Positions 1 to 11,279 are shown, counted from the stretch's first letter. The stretch: 64,000 nucleotides of DNA from an uncultured Hormoscilla sp. (GCA_963921275.4 OZ001293.3:4832001-4896000); one strand, 5' to 3'. Translations and numbers: made by a program. Notes: generated by a model not told the origin, from the letters alone.

Positions 1-2
1 AC

Positions 3-164
3 CCGGGCGTCTGGGAGTTTTACGTCACAACTTGCGCCCATAACGAACATTTTCTGGAATATCGTCAGATCGTGCGGGATCAGATCTCCGCACAGCTGGC
101 AGAGTTTCTGGCAGTGAAAAAAGTAGTGGAAGTGGAAATGCAGGTGGAAGCGATCGCCAGTTGA
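3..164 (+). CDS. 3' end of a CDS entering from the left edge, product unknown
   Basis: Frame 3 is open from the window start (PGVWEFYVTTCAHNEHFLEYRQIVRDQ...EAIAS) to TGA at 162-164. Confidence 0.45.
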   Translation, partial: PGVWEFYVTTCAHNEHFLEYRQIVRDQISAQLAEFLAVKKVVEVEMQVEAIAS

Positions 165-1262
165 CACGCTGTGCTTCCCGAGGGTATATAGTCGTCAAAA
201 TGTAGAAACCGGGTTTTTTATCAGAAACCCGGTTTCTGGTAGTCTGTGTAACCCCTTAAGGGATTGTGATAATTGCGCTTGGATGGGGAATGGGCCAGGG
301 GGGAGAGGTGAGCTTTCGTTTTACTCCATCCATATTCTCTCGGATTTCATAGATTCCCACCGAACATATTCTAGGGCAATTTGCTGATTGCTTGCATCAG
401 CAAAACTCCGATCGAGAGAGTAACAGCGGCTTGCAACAAACAGGACACAGTCCACTTAAATACTTGCTGTAGTGCCATAGTTTTTTCTCAAATTGTAGTT
501 CTGAGTTTTTTATCTAACTAGCTTCTACGCATTTGGCGGTCAGAGGCCAGCAGATCGCCTGATTGCTAATAGCTGTACCTATCGACCCCGACTGCTGATT
601 GCATATAGCTGCATGCTTAACTGGCTAGATACACCGACTATTGGGTTTGTGGGTACGGCGTGTGCTCATAAAGCTCGTCTACCAGTCTGATTCGCAGCGA
701 ATAAGCCGCGATCGGGACCGCAATAGAGGTCATAGAGGCGGTAGACAGAGCGCGGAAGCTCCAGCCCAGACATTCATCAAAGCACCCCCACTGAATAAGT
801 AGGGGTGATTCATTTTACCACTCTACAAGTTCTACATCTAGGATTCCGTACCCAGATCGCACTCAGCCGTGATCTGGGTCACCCACACCGCAGAAAGCAC
901 GATATTCTGGGCAACTTCAGCTCATCTTAAATTTTTGTGAAATGCGATCGGGCAAAGTCTTGTCCAGTCCTGGTTTTAAGTGGGGGGTATGACCCCTTGA
1001 TTAATCTAGAAGTATGCTTGTTCCCCCTGTTCTGGTTGTCCAGCAGGCACAGCCCACCGGACACTGGATAATTTTAGATTAGCTTAACGGCCCGTAGCCC
1101 GAAATAGAGGACGAGGGCGACACCGAAGGCACCACCCAAAAGGATAAAGTAAGCGATCGCTTCATCTACTGTCATCGGTATTTCTCCTTTAAGACTGCTC
1201 AATACTATTGAAGCATGCCCTGGGCTAAAATACTGCCCAGGGTTATTGAGGGGGTTTTAGTG

Positions 1263-2354
1263 ATGTCTGCGATTAGAGTTGATTTACCTGAGCGTTCTTA
1301 CGAAATTGCGATCGCCCCTAGGGGTCTGGATCGGCTGGGTGAGGGCATGGCCAGTCTGGATCTGAGTAAGAAGGTGTTGCTGGTGTCCAACCCGGTGGTT
1401 TTTCAGCATTATGGCCAAAGGGCGATCGCCTCTCTGAGTGGGGCCGGGTTTGAAGTGGCCAGTTGCATCCTGCCTGATGGGGAACATTACAAAACCCTGG
1501 CCAGCATCGAAAAGGTCTACGATGGGGCCCTGGAACAGCATTTAGAACGATCTTCCACCATGGTAGCCCTGGGTGGGGGCGTGATTGGGGATATGACTGG
1601 CTTTAGCGCGGCCACCTGGCTGCGGGGAGTGCAGTTCGTGCAAGTTCCCACCACCTTGCTGGCCATGGTGGATGCTTCCGTTGGTGGGAAAACGGGAGTC
1701 AATCATCCCATGGGGAAAAACTTGATTGGGGCCTTTTATCAGCCGAGACTGGTGGCGATCGACCCCGAGGTTTTACAGACATTGCCCCCACGGGAGTTTC
1801 GCGCGGGCATGGCAGAGGTGATTAAATATGGGGTGATCTGGGATGGGGAGTTATTTTCTCAGTTGGAGAAGCAAAGTAGTCTGGAACAACTCGAAGACCT
1901 GGACAGGGAATTATTGCAAACAATCTTAACACGCTCTTGCCAAGCCAAAGCTGATGTGGTCGCCAAAGATGAGAGAGAAGCGGGGTTGAGGGCCATCCTT
2001 AACTACGGTCACACCATCGGCCATGCGATCGAAAGCGTCACGGAATATAAATCAGTCATTCACGGGGAAGCTGTAGCTATTGGCATGGTAGCAGCGAGTC
2101 AGATGGCCCTGGAGTTGCAACTGTGGGACCGAGAGTGCGATCAGCGTCAGTTTGAATTAATTACTAAAGCGGGTTTACCGACGCAGTTGCCAGCGGGATT
2201 AGATATTGATGCCATTCTGAAGACTTTGAAAACCGATAAGAAGGTGAAGGCGGGAAAGGTACGTTTTATCTTGCCAACTCAGGTGGGTGCTGTCACTATC
2301 ACCGACCAAGTGCCTGCTGATTTGATTCGGCAAGTGTTGCAGGATATGCTGTAG
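1263..2354 (+). CDS. aroB: 3-dehydroquinate synthase
   Basis: Motifs [55 protein letters not shown] 1263 preferred over 1215. Confidence 0.97.
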   Translation: MSAIRVDLPERSYEIAIAPRGLDRLGEGMASLDLSKKVLLVSNPVVFQHYGQRAIASLSGAGFEVASCILPDGEHYKTLASIEKVYDGALEQHLERSSTMVALGGGVIGDMTGFSAATWLRGVQFVQVPTTLLAMVDASVGGKTGVNHPMGKNLIGAFYQPRLVAIDPEVLQTLPPREFRAGMAEVIKYGVIWDGELFSQLEKQSSLEQLEDLDRELLQTILTRSCQAKADVVAKDEREAGLRAILNYGHTIGHAIESVTEYKSVIHGEAVAIGMVAASQMALELQLWDRECDQRQFELITKAGLPTQLPAGLDIDAILKTLKTDKKVKAGKVRFILPTQVGAVTITDQVPADLIRQVLQDML

Positions 2355-2390
2355 ATTATTTCCCTGTTATTGCCAGATCGCCTGCTTGAT

Positions 2391-2658
2391 AGCCCGCCGG
2401 GGGTTGCAAACCCCCGCGTCATAGCTAAAGTCGGTTACCAAGGCACGATCTTGCACCATTCTCGATCGGCCTCCTGGCCCGCCGTGGGTTTAAACCCACA
2501 GGCTTTTAGCTCAAGTGGGTTAGAACCCACTGAAAGCCAAGTCGCAGAAACGATTTAGCCCACGCTTTTACCCTCGTTCCGGAGCCAGTAAACGAGTTAT
2601 CGAGGCTCCGCCTCTAGTTGAAAATGGTGCAATATCTGAGTTAAAACCGACTAAAAAC
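2391..2658. mobile_element. Composite of nested REP/MITE-like palindromic elements
   Basis: Outer element GCCCGCCGGGGGTTGCAAACCCC...TAGCTAAAGTCGGTT / AAAACCGACTAA also occurs at 18382-18440 and, reversed, at 52155-52211. Here it is split by an insert with inverted ends GATCTTGCACCATT / AATGGTGCAATATC. Confidence 0.55.
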
Positions 2659-2811
2659 ATTATATAAAATGTCTGATTCGTAGGTTGGATTGAAAGCCCG
2701 CGCAGGCGGGTGCGGTCATGCTTTGTTGCATTAGTAGAGCAATTTTAGACTTGCCTACGAAGGTCGAACTACGAACTACTTACTAACGGGCGCAAGACCA
2801 AACCCCCGATT

Positions 2812-3410
2812 TTACTCCGGCCAAGGAAGTGCTTACTCCGGCCAAGGAGGTGCTTACTCCGGCCAAGGAGGTGCTTACCTCGGCCAAGGAGGTGCTTACC
2901 TCGGCCAAGGAGGTGCTTACCTCGGCCAAGGAGGTGCTTACTCCGGCCAAAGAGGTGCTTACCTCGGCCAAGGAGGTGCTTACCTCGGCCAAGGAGGTGC
3001 TTACTCCGGCCAAAGAGGTGCTTACCTCGGCCAAAGAGGTGCTTACTCCGGCCAAAGAGGTGCTTACCTCGGCCAAAGAGGTGCTTACTCCGGCCAAAGA
3101 GTTACTTATCTCGGCCAAAGAAGTGCTTACTCCGGCCAAAGAGGTGCTTACTCCGGCCAAAGAGTTACCTTTTGCCGCCACCGAATGACTCTCGTACTCG
3201 GTGGAATGACTCAGTCACTCCCTCAGTCACTCCAGGAAATAAATAGTTAGTTTTGGAAATAACTGATTTTTCCAATGACTTCCTCACTCCCGAAAATGAC
3301 TTACTCATTCCCGAATAAAATATTTTTATCAACGCCATTTAGGGAGAAAGCCCAGAGTCGGCTTCGATGTCTAAAGGGTACAGTACTCGTACTGCCCTTT
3401 AGACATCGAC
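2812..3410. repeat. About 17 x 21-bp tandem array (GAGGTGCTTACTCCGGCCAAR) followed by a conserved tail; dispersed element
   Basis: Array at about 2812-3170. Tail segments GCCACCGAATGACTCTCGTACTCGGT and CAACGCCATTTAGGGAGAAAGCCCAGAGTCGGCT recur at 62850-63070. Confidence 0.85.
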
Positions 3411-3609
3411 ATTTTGTCCCATCAAGTGATGGGTGCGGCTCAAAAGTATCCAGCGACTGGGAGAGAATGCGCTGCGCGCACGCTACGCGAACGTGAAGAT
3501 CAACAGGTTCTGACCACTCGCCGGGAGACAGGGAAAGCGGGTTGTCGGAAAAGACTCCACACAATATAATGGTAAACGACAGAACCAGTTACTAACCTAA
3601 ACTACAGCC

Positions 3610-6330
3610 ATGCGTTGTCTCAACTGCCACCTAGATAACATTCCGTCCAACACCGAATACTGCACGGAATGCGACGTCCATTTGCCGACCCTGCTGCGAG
3701 ACGTACTCTCCCCTGGCACCCGCTTGCGCGAAGATACTTATGAGATCGAGTATGCTTTAGGTCGGGGTGGGTTTGGCATCACCTACCGCGCCCGCCACAT
3801 CATCTTAGAACAACCCGTTGCGATCAAGGAATACTACCCCCAAGAACTTGTCCATCGCGACATTTCTACGGGGAACCTTACCGTCCCCCAAAACCAAGCC
3901 TATATATTCCAAGGTTGGTTAAACCGGTTCTTGCGGGAAGGGCTGATCTTGGCGCAACTCAACCATCCTAGCTTAGTACGGGTGCAAAATTTATTCACGG
4001 AACGGGGCACAGCTTATCTGGTAATGGAATTAATAGCCGGGGAGACCCTGCGGCAAGTCTTAGACGCCCAACCTGGCAAGCTTTTGCCTCCGACAAGAGT
4101 GGCGGAAATTATGGAACCCCTGGTGGATGCTTTGGAAGTTGCTCACCAAGCGGGAGTCTATCATTTGGACCTGAAGCCGGACAATATCTTGCTGACTCAG
4201 GCAGGACGGGTGGTTCTAATAGACTTCGGGGCAGCGAAGCAAGAGACGGGTATGACTCGCACTCAGAGTACGTCTACCGAGACCTATGCGCCACCGGAAA
4301 TAATTGCCAGAGAGTCGGTGGGGGCCGAAAGCGATATTTTTGAACTGGGGATGATGCTGCATAAAATGATTGCCGGGACGCTACCTGAACCAGCATTGAG
4401 TCGGACGATGGGGACAAACTGGGAACCTTCTTTGGCAGAACCCTGGCAGAGTTTGGTGAAGAAAGCCCTGCCTTTGAAGAAGGAAGAACGCCCTAGCAGC
4501 GTGGGGCAATGGTGGGGTGATGCGGTGTCTGCACTCTCCGTGTCTTCGCCTAGGGATGTAAGAACATGGCAAGGCTATTTTGTCTTGCCAGAACTGAAAG
4601 CACAGGGGATGGTGCGGCGACTGGGGCGCGGAATGCTCGTGAATGTGATTTCTCTGAATGATGAGTTAGTAGTAGTCTGTGCTAGTGATGGCGCGGCATT
4701 ATTTAATCTCAGTACTGGCGAGGCGCTGTGGGAGATAGACTGTCCTGCAAGCTGCGGCGCTGTCAGTGCTGATGGTAAGCTGCTGGCTTTAGCAAGCAGG
4801 CTAGATATCTATTTATGGGATTTAACTACAGGGAATTTCCTGCGACAATTTCAGGGACATACAAGCTGGGTGCTCTGTGTAGCATTCAGTCACGATGGCT
4901 GGGCGATCGCCTCTGGGGGTAGGGATAAAACCGTGCGGTTGTGGGATGTGGCGAGTGGCAGAGAACTGCGACAACTTCAGGGACATACAGCCTCTGTGTA
5001 CAGTGTAGCATTCAGTCCCAATGGCAGGATAGTTGTCTCTGGGGGTGAGGATCATACCGTGCGGTGGTGGAATGTGGCGGGTGACAGACAACTTCGACAA
5101 TTTCGGAGACATAAACACTGGGTGAACTGTGTAACCTTCAGTCACGATGGCAGGACTGTTGCCTATGGGGTTTCGGATAGCGTGCGGTTGTGGGATATGG
5201 TGAGTGGCAGAGAACTGCAACAATTTCGGGGACATACAAAATATGTGTACAGTGTAGCATTCAGTCCCGATGACAGGACGATCGCCTCTGGGAGTTGGGA
5301 TAATACCGTGCGGTTGCGGGATGTGGTGAGTCGCAGAAAACTGCAACAACTTCAGGGACATACAGGCGAGGTGAACAGTGTAGCATTCAGTCCCGATGGC
5401 AGGACTGTTTTCTCTGGGAGTAAGTATGGAACCTTGCAGTTGTGGGATGTGGCGAGTGGCAGAGAACTGCGACAACTTCAGGGACATACATACTATTTGA
5501 ACAGTGTAGCATTCAGTCCCGATGGCAGGACGGTTGTCTCTGGGAGTAAAGATAAAACCGTGCGGTTGTGGGATGTGGCGAGTGGCAGAGAAGTTCGACA
5601 ACTTCAGGGACATACAGCCTCTGTGTACAGTGTAGCATTCAGTCCCAATGGCAGGACAGTGGCCTCTGGGGGTAAGGATAATACCCTGCGGTTGTGGGAT
5701 GTGGCGAGTGGCAGAGAACTGCGACAACTTCAGGGACATACAAACCGGGTGCTCTGTGTAGCATTCAGTCCCGATGGCAGGACAGTGGCCTCTGGGAGTA
5801 GGGATAAAACCGTGCGGTTGTGGGATGTGGTGAGTGGCAGAGAACTGCAAAAATTTCGGGGACATACATACCATGTGAACAGTGTAGCATTCGGTCACGA
5901 TGGCAGGACAGTGGCCTCTGGGGGTAGGGATAAAACCGTGCGGTTGTGGGATGTGGTGAGTGGCAGTGAACTGCGACTACTTCAGGGACATACAGACCAC
6001 GTGCATACTGTAGCATTCAGTCCAGATGACAGGACAGTGGCCTCTGGGGGTAGGGATAAAATCGTGCGGTTGTGGGATGTGGCGAGTGGCAGTTCGCTAC
6101 GACTACTGAAGGGAAATACCGCCTCTGTGTACAGTGTAGCATTCAGTCCAGATGGCAGGACAGTGGCCTCTGGGGGTGGGGATAAAACCCTGCGGTTGTG
6201 GGATGTGGCGAGTGGCAGTTCGCTACGACTACTGAAGGGACATACAGACACTGTGTTCAGTGTAGCATTCAGTCCCGATGGTATGTTTCTGTTATCTGGG
6301 AGTCATGTAATGCGGTTGTGGGAACTATAG
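3610..6330 (+). CDS. Zn-ribbon + Hanks Ser/Thr kinase + WD40 repeat protein
   Basis: CxxC..CxxC N-terminus; LGRGGFGITY, VAIKE, HLDLKPDN, IDFG; 12 near-identical GH...WD repeats of about 42 aa. Confidence 0.93.
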   Translation: MRCLNCHLDNIPSNTEYCTECDVHLPTLLRDVLSPGTRLREDTYEIEYALGRGGFGITYRARHIILEQPVAIKEYYPQELVHRDISTGNLTVPQNQAYIFQGWLNRFLREGLILAQLNHPSLVRVQNLFTERGTAYLVMELIAGETLRQVLDAQPGKLLPPTRVAEIMEPLVDALEVAHQAGVYHLDLKPDNILLTQAGRVVLIDFGAAKQETGMTRTQSTSTETYAPPEIIARESVGAESDIFELGMMLHKMIAGTLPEPALSRTMGTNWEPSLAEPWQSLVKKALPLKKEERPSSVGQWWGDAVSALSVSSPRDVRTWQGYFVLPELKAQGMVRRLGRGMLVNVISLNDELVVVCASDGAALFNLSTGEALWEIDCPASCGAVSADGKLLALASRLDIYLWDLTTGNFLRQFQGHTSWVLCVAFSHDGWAIASGGRDKTVRLWDVASGRELRQLQGHTASVYSVAFSPNGRIVVSGGEDHTVRWWNVAGDRQLRQFRRHKHWVNCVTFSHDGRTVAYGVSDSVRLWDMVSGRELQQFRGHTKYVYSVAFSPDDRTIASGSWDNTVRLRDVVSRRKLQQLQGHTGEVNSVAFSPDGRTVFSGSKYGTLQLWDVASGRELRQLQGHTYYLNSVAFSPDGRTVVSGSKDKTVRLWDVASGREVRQLQGHTASVYSVAFSPNGRTVASGGKDNTLRLWDVASGRELRQLQGHTNRVLCVAFSPDGRTVASGSRDKTVRLWDVVSGRELQKFRGHTYHVNSVAFGHDGRTVASGGRDKTVRLWDVVSGSELRLLQGHTDHVHTVAFSPDDRTVASGGRDKIVRLWDVASGSSLRLLKGNTASVYSVAFSPDGRTVASGGGDKTLRLWDVASGSSLRLLKGHTDTVFSVAFSPDGMFLLSGSHVMRLWEL

Positions 6331-6727
6331 TAATTTTGAAGGCGGTAGAGTAGCAACTTGCATGTCAGGGCGACGGTCCGAAACCGTCCTGCATTCCCAC
6401 AGCACAGTCAAGCAGAAATTTACCATCAACCCGGTGCGCTCAAAAGGATTTGGCGGGGGCGTTTAGCGAAGCTGCGCGTTAGCGCTAGCATTCGGATAGT
6501 TGATTTGTCGATTTATATCATAGATTGTCGCTCCTTAGCTTCGCCCCTACATGGTTCGTACATGTTGCTCACAAATGGGCGAAAGTCCTCTTGCCAATAC
6601 CAAGTCAAATAGCAAAGTAAACGGAACTGGATGCGGCGCCGAAGCGGTGCCGGTGGCGGGTTGATTCGTTTCCACCACAACTCGCACCGTCGCGCACCCT
6701 TAGTCTATACTTATCACCCGCCAGAAT

Positions 6728-7144
6728 ATGAATAAATCATCAGCACAAAAATTCCTGCAAGCGTTAGACATTTGCAAATCTCTGGTTGACCACAAGTATC
6801 AACCCACTAATCTTACCTTTCAGGCGATTTTTCGCGCAGCGATCGAGCTTTTTTGCGAACTGTCTGCTACAGAGTTACGGCGTTTTACCGAAGAATATGG
6901 GGCTGCCGTTGGTGCAGCATATAATACCGTTTATGAATACGCAACCACTGCGGACAATTGGAGAGTAGATTGCCAACTAGGTTTCGGAGTCAAAGACCAT
7001 TGTAGCATATTGAGCTTTTTCTTGAATGGCGAAGGTCGGCAATTCGAGTATTTTACAGGTAACTTTACCACCCCAGAAGTAATTTGCGAACTACTCCAGG
7101 ATTGGAAAGGTCTAGACCTAACTGAATTATCGTCTTTAGCGTGA
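6728..7144 (+). CDS. Hypothetical protein carrying a 15-nt in-frame micro-insertion
   Basis: 138-aa ORF with ATG start; insertion at 6829-6843. Confidence 0.6.
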   Translation: MNKSSAQKFLQALDICKSLVDHKYQPTNLTFQAIFRAAIELFCELSATELRRFTEEYGAAVGAAYNTVYEYATTADNWRVDCQLGFGVKDHCSILSFFLNGEGRQFEYFTGNFTTPEVICELLQDWKGLDLTELSSLA

Positions 7145-8086
7145 TTCAACATCCGACAACCAATTCAACAAATCCTCCAGACTGTTTAACTCGAAAATCG
7201 TCTCTGTTAACGCCCTTAAATCTGACAGCGACAAACCTTCAACTTTACTGTTGATTTCCCCTGTCAATTCTCCAAATTTATTTTTGAGCAAAAGCATTGC
7301 TAAAGTACAGGCTCCATCAATACGGCCTTCTTCTAATGCTTCTTTCCGGCCTTCTTTCCGGCCTTCATCTCTTGCATACTGTATCCGCCCTATCTCATCT
7401 TGCAACTGTATACCGCGAAGAATTACTGCCTCTGCTTCTTCCCGAGTCATATTTGCTAGCTGAGCTATCCTTAAGGCTTTCTCTATTGCGGCAATCTCTC
7501 CTAAATTCTCGGGAATTTCCTCTAATATTGGCGCCTGCTTGATAAAATAAATCCATTTTTATGCCAAAGTATTCAGATCTTTTAAGTCCTTTTCAAATCG
7601 CGGCAATTCTACAAAGATGAGCTGCAATTCATGTTCGGGTAATTCTGAGGAATCTTCTTCGTCTTTGAATTTGAATTTATGGATCACTTTCGGGCTTTTT
7701 GGAAACAGAATAAAATATGTTACTGTGACAGCAATCACTGGGGTTAACATCATGTAATATTCCCCTGATTTTAACTGATTTGCATAGGCTTTGCACATGT
7801 TGTATGTTACCCGCTTGTGAAATGCCGATACCCGTGCTATTTGCATTTCAATTAGCACCATTTCTCCATTCTTGAGTTGGGCTCGGACATCCAAGTAACT
7901 CTCTTTTAATTTCTCTACCTGACCAGGGTTATAAGGATTCATAATGGTTAAGCTAGAAATTACGCTTTCTCCATTGTAAACGATCGCATTCAAGAAACTG
8001 ATCAGAATATCTTCACTTTCGTCGGAGCCAAATATTTTTTTGAAAGCGAAATCAACTTTGGGACTAATAAATGTTTCCTTGACCAT
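7136..8086 (-). pseudogene. Rpn-family (PD-(D/E)XK nuclease/putative transposase) with DUF4351-like C-terminus; one in-frame TAA
   Basis: SPKVDFAFKKIFGS, LDVRA, IEMQ; TAA at 7559-7561 (LNTLA*KWIYF), then the same frame continues through EGRKEGRKE and LEDLLNWL. Confidence 0.88.
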
Positions 8087-8297
8087 CACATTTTTCTCCT
8101 TGTTCAATCGGTTCGGCACTGGATGGGTGCAGGTGGCGGGTCATCCGGGAGCGCTAATCGCACTACCTGGATAACACAGTTGATTCATTCCACCCAAGCG
8201 CGATTGCTAAATCTTGCCAAGCTAGAAAGAGTGTTTGCAAAGTTTATCCTCCCGCAGTTCCAGCAATCGATTTATTTTTCGGATATTTTGGGCAAAT

Positions 8298-9176
8298 TCA
8301 ATAACTGAACTTACAATCAAAGAAAGCTTTATCGCTTCGTAATGGGTAAGTATCGTATCTAAAACCTGTTTGTTTTGCTTGGGATATAACGTCGAGCGTC
8401 TTAGGCAAAGTCAAGTTCTGAGCAATTACCAAGGCGTAAAACGGATTCCTTTTCCCTATTTTGGGCCGGCATATCTTTGTTTCTGCGTAACGACCTCCCG
8501 GAGCGAACAAAGAAGCATTACCGCTTTTAACTCTTTCTAGCTCATTTTCAAGATCCCCTCGAATTGGAGAAGCACCGGCTACTACAAAGTAAAGAAAATC
8601 TGAAGTTGAAGGTTGAAGGGCTTCGGCAAGTTTCCGATCTTTTTTTCTAACTCGTTCTGCAGCCCGAACAAGCTGTGTCTCTACTTCTCCTTCAATTTTC
8701 AATTGCTGTTGTTCTGCTAGAATAGCAGAAGATGAAACTTTCTTGGCAATTTCATCTGTTTGAAGTCGAGCTTTTATAATTTCTTGGACTGCTTTATCGA
8801 TAATTTCCTCCCTGATTTCATCCGAATCAAGCAAATGTTCCTTGATTTCATGTGAAGAATTAACCACTTTGACAATTTGTTTCTTGATTTCATCCGAATT
8901 GAACAATTTCTCGATTCCTAACAAACCGAATGCAGTAAATAACCCAGACAATATAGTTGCGATTGCAATAGCTAAAGCTAATACATTTTTCTGAGATCTA
9001 TCGGTAACGCGGTAAACGAATAATTCCTCGAGAGTGTCTAACTCCTTGATTTGTTTTCTCAGCCTGGAATTCTCCTCTTTAAGAATTCTCAGTTCTTCTT
9101 GGGCAGAGTCTGAATTCTGAAGTCCTGACTTCTGCCGATCTGGATTGCTTGGTGGTTCTGGTTGATTATTAGTCAT
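8298..9176 (-). CDS. Hypothetical membrane-anchored coiled-coil protein
   Basis: 292-aa ORF with one hydrophobic segment (VLALAIAIATILSGLFTAFGLLG). Confidence 0.65.
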   Translation of the reverse strand: MTNNQPEPPSNPDRQKSGLQNSDSAQEELRILKEENSRLRKQIKELDTLEELFVYRVTDRSQKNVLALAIAIATILSGLFTAFGLLGIEKLFNSDEIKKQIVKVVNSSHEIKEHLLDSDEIREEIIDKAVQEIIKARLQTDEIAKKVSSSAILAEQQQLKIEGEVETQLVRAAERVRKKDRKLAEALQPSTSDFLYFVVAGASPIRGDLENELERVKSGNASLFAPGGRYAETKICRPKIGKRNPFYALVIAQNLTLPKTLDVISQAKQTGFRYDTYPLRSDKAFFDCKFSY

Positions 9177-9321
9177 CTTTATGTATACCGAGACTGGCGG
9201 TTAAGCAGTTGCACCATTCCGTTTGATTATGTACTATATTAGCAAGTTCTGAATGAACATGACCAAAAAAATAGGTGGGCAATATGCCCACCCGGAGACA
9301 ATTAAGCACCAGAAACTGTGC

Positions 9322-10098
9322 CTACATGCCCATAATCTCGTAACCAGCATCCACATACAGCACCTGACCGGTAATACCGCTGGCCAAGTCGCTACACAAG
9401 AAAGCAGCTGCATTCCCCACCTCTGTCTGAGTCACGGTCCGTCTCAGGGGTGCCACCTGTTCGACATGATGAATCATATCCAGGATCCCCCCCACCGCTG
9501 AGGATGCCAAAGTCCGAATGGGACCAGAGGAAATGGCATTGACTCGGATATTTTGCGGTCCCAGTTCCGCTGCTAGGTAACGGACGCTCATTTCTAAGCC
9601 AGCTTTGGCAATTCCCATCACGTTATAATTGGGAATCACTCTTACTCCCCCTAAGTAGGTAAGGGTGACAATACTACCGCCATCCGTCATCAAGGGTTTC
9701 GCTGCTGCCGTCATCTGGGTCAGAGAGTAGGTACTGATTTCTATTGCCCTCATAAAACCGGCCCGCGTGGTATCGCTGAAATCTCCACTCAGTTCATCTT
9801 TCCCCGCAAAGGCCAGACAGTGAATGAGAATGTCCAGGCGTCCCCACTTGTCCCCTACTGCCTGAAAAGCTGCCTGGACTTGGGCATCATTTTGGACATC
9901 GCAGGGCAAAAACAAGCTGGGAGAAAGGGACGCTGTCAGTTCTGCGACTTTTTTTTCATACCGTCCCTTATCATCCGGCAAGAAGGTGACCCCCAGATTG
10001 GCACCGGCTTTATGCAACTGTAGGGCAATGCCCCAGGCGATCGAGCGATTGTTAGCGATACCCGTTACCAGGGCGTTTTTTCCAGTCAAATCAAGCAT
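9322..10098 (-). CDS. fabI: Enoyl-ACP reductase
   Basis: GIANNRSIAWGIA, YNVMGIAKAGLE, VNAISSGPIRTLA; divergent from ntcA as is usual in cyanobacteria. Confidence 0.97.
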   Translation of the reverse strand: MLDLTGKNALVTGIANNRSIAWGIALQLHKAGANLGVTFLPDDKGRYEKKVAELTASLSPSLFLPCDVQNDAQVQAAFQAVGDKWGRLDILIHCLAFAGKDELSGDFSDTTRAGFMRAIEISTYSLTQMTAAAKPLMTDGGSIVTLTYLGGVRVIPNYNVMGIAKAGLEMSVRYLAAELGPQNIRVNAISSGPIRTLASSAVGGILDMIHHVEQVAPLRRTVTQTEVGNAAAFLCSDLASGITGQVLYVDAGYEIMGM

Positions 10099-10479
10099 AA
10101 TCTCTAGATTTTAGGCAAAATTGGGTATTGGTGATTTGGGAAATCGCGGACCCGTCTACTAACTTAGGGTGTTATGGTCTACTGGTCAATGTCGCGCGAG
10201 ATGTGCGATGCACGCGCTATTCGCACTGCGCATCGCACATCGAAGTGGCCCAGCAGACAACCGGTTGCTACCCAAGGCAATATCCCCAATGCCATATAAA
10301 CCAGCGCCATATAGCCAGGCGAGGCAAAAATTCTGTAACAACAAGCGCTTTCAACCAGAAAGATAAGGTATAATTAATCTTATCTATTAGACGCCCTGTG
10401 CAACTTTTTCCAACCAACGAGATTTAGGGAGTTTTGAGAACAACATTTTCAGCCAAAGACCACCAAACCGTTATTATTC

Positions 10480-10523
10480 TGTAGAAAGTTGCACATCGCG
10501 TTACCTATTAGGTGTTTTACGAT
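10480..10523 (+). promoter_or_regulatory. Putative NtcA-activated promoter of ntcA
   Basis: tGTA-gaaagttg-CACa (near GTA-N8-TAC) at 10481-10494, with TACGAT (TAN3T) 23 nt downstream. Confidence 0.45.
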
Positions 10524-10598
10524 CAATTGCTGACAATATTCATAAGTTGTCCGAGTTTGTTGATTGGCAGACACCGGGCACCGATTAAGGCGAAGAAG

Positions 10599-11279
10599 AT
10601 GGTAGTAAGTGAGACCAAACCCCTAGCGGCTGCATTCCGTCAAATGAGTGGCAGCTCATATCCGCCGGTTACAGAAAAGTTTGAACGGGACAAAACGATT
10701 TTTTTTCCCGGAGATCCAGCGGAACGGGTCTATTTTTTGCAAAGTGGTGCGGTAAAGCTATCCCGGGTGTACGAGGCGGGAGACGAAATAACTGTGGCGC
10801 TGCTGCGCGAAAATAGCGTATTTGGCGTCCTGTCCCTGATTACGGGGAATAAATCAGACAGATTTTACCACGCAGTGGCTTTTACTCCCGTAGAGTTAAT
10901 ATCGCTGCCCATAGAACAGGTGCAGAAAGCACTCAAGGAAAATCCCGAACTGTCGATGATTATGCTGCAAGGGCTGTCTTCGCGCATTTTGCAAACGGAG
11001 ATGATGATCGAAACTCTGGCACACGGGGATATGGAATCGCGATTGATCAGCTTTCTGTTGATCCTGTGTCGGGATTTTGGAGTTTCTAGCCCAGATGGGA
11101 TGGATGGGATTACGATAGATCTAAAGCTATCTCATCAGGTGATCGCAGAGGCGATCGGTTCTACGCGCGTCACGATAACTCGCTTGCTGGGGGATTTGCG
11201 ATCGGACCAGCTGATCTCGATCCACAAGAAAAAAATTACGGTCCATGACCCTGTGGCCCTCAGCCAGCGATTCGCATAA
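10599..11279 (+). CDS. ntcA: Global nitrogen regulator NtcA (CRP family)
   Basis: [53 protein letters not shown] 10599 preferred. Confidence 0.97.
   Translation: MVVSETKPLAAAFRQMSGSSYPPVTEKFERDKTIFFPGDPAERVYFLQSGAVKLSRVYEAGDEITVALLRENSVFGVLSLITGNKSDRFYHAVAFTPVELISLPIEQVQKALKENPELSMIMLQGLSSRILQTEMMIETLAHGDMESRLISFLLILCRDFGVSSPDGMDGITIDLKLSHQVIAEAIGSTRVTITRLLGDLRSDQLISIHKKKITVHDPVALSQRFA

Noticed and set aside
300..1200. Gene or ncRNA upstream of aroB
   Set aside because: Only short ORFs and no recognisable motif; possibly a decayed gene, but not supportable
2812..3170. Possible CRISPR array, or real proteins from ORFs 2783-3181 and 2829-3188
   Set aside because: The units are contiguous with no unique spacers and there are no cas genes; the ORFs follow from a stop-free 21-bp repeat
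4850..6330. Diversity-generating retroelement acting on the WD40 repeats
   Set aside because: No RT and no separate template repeat in the window; the differences do not look restricted to adenines
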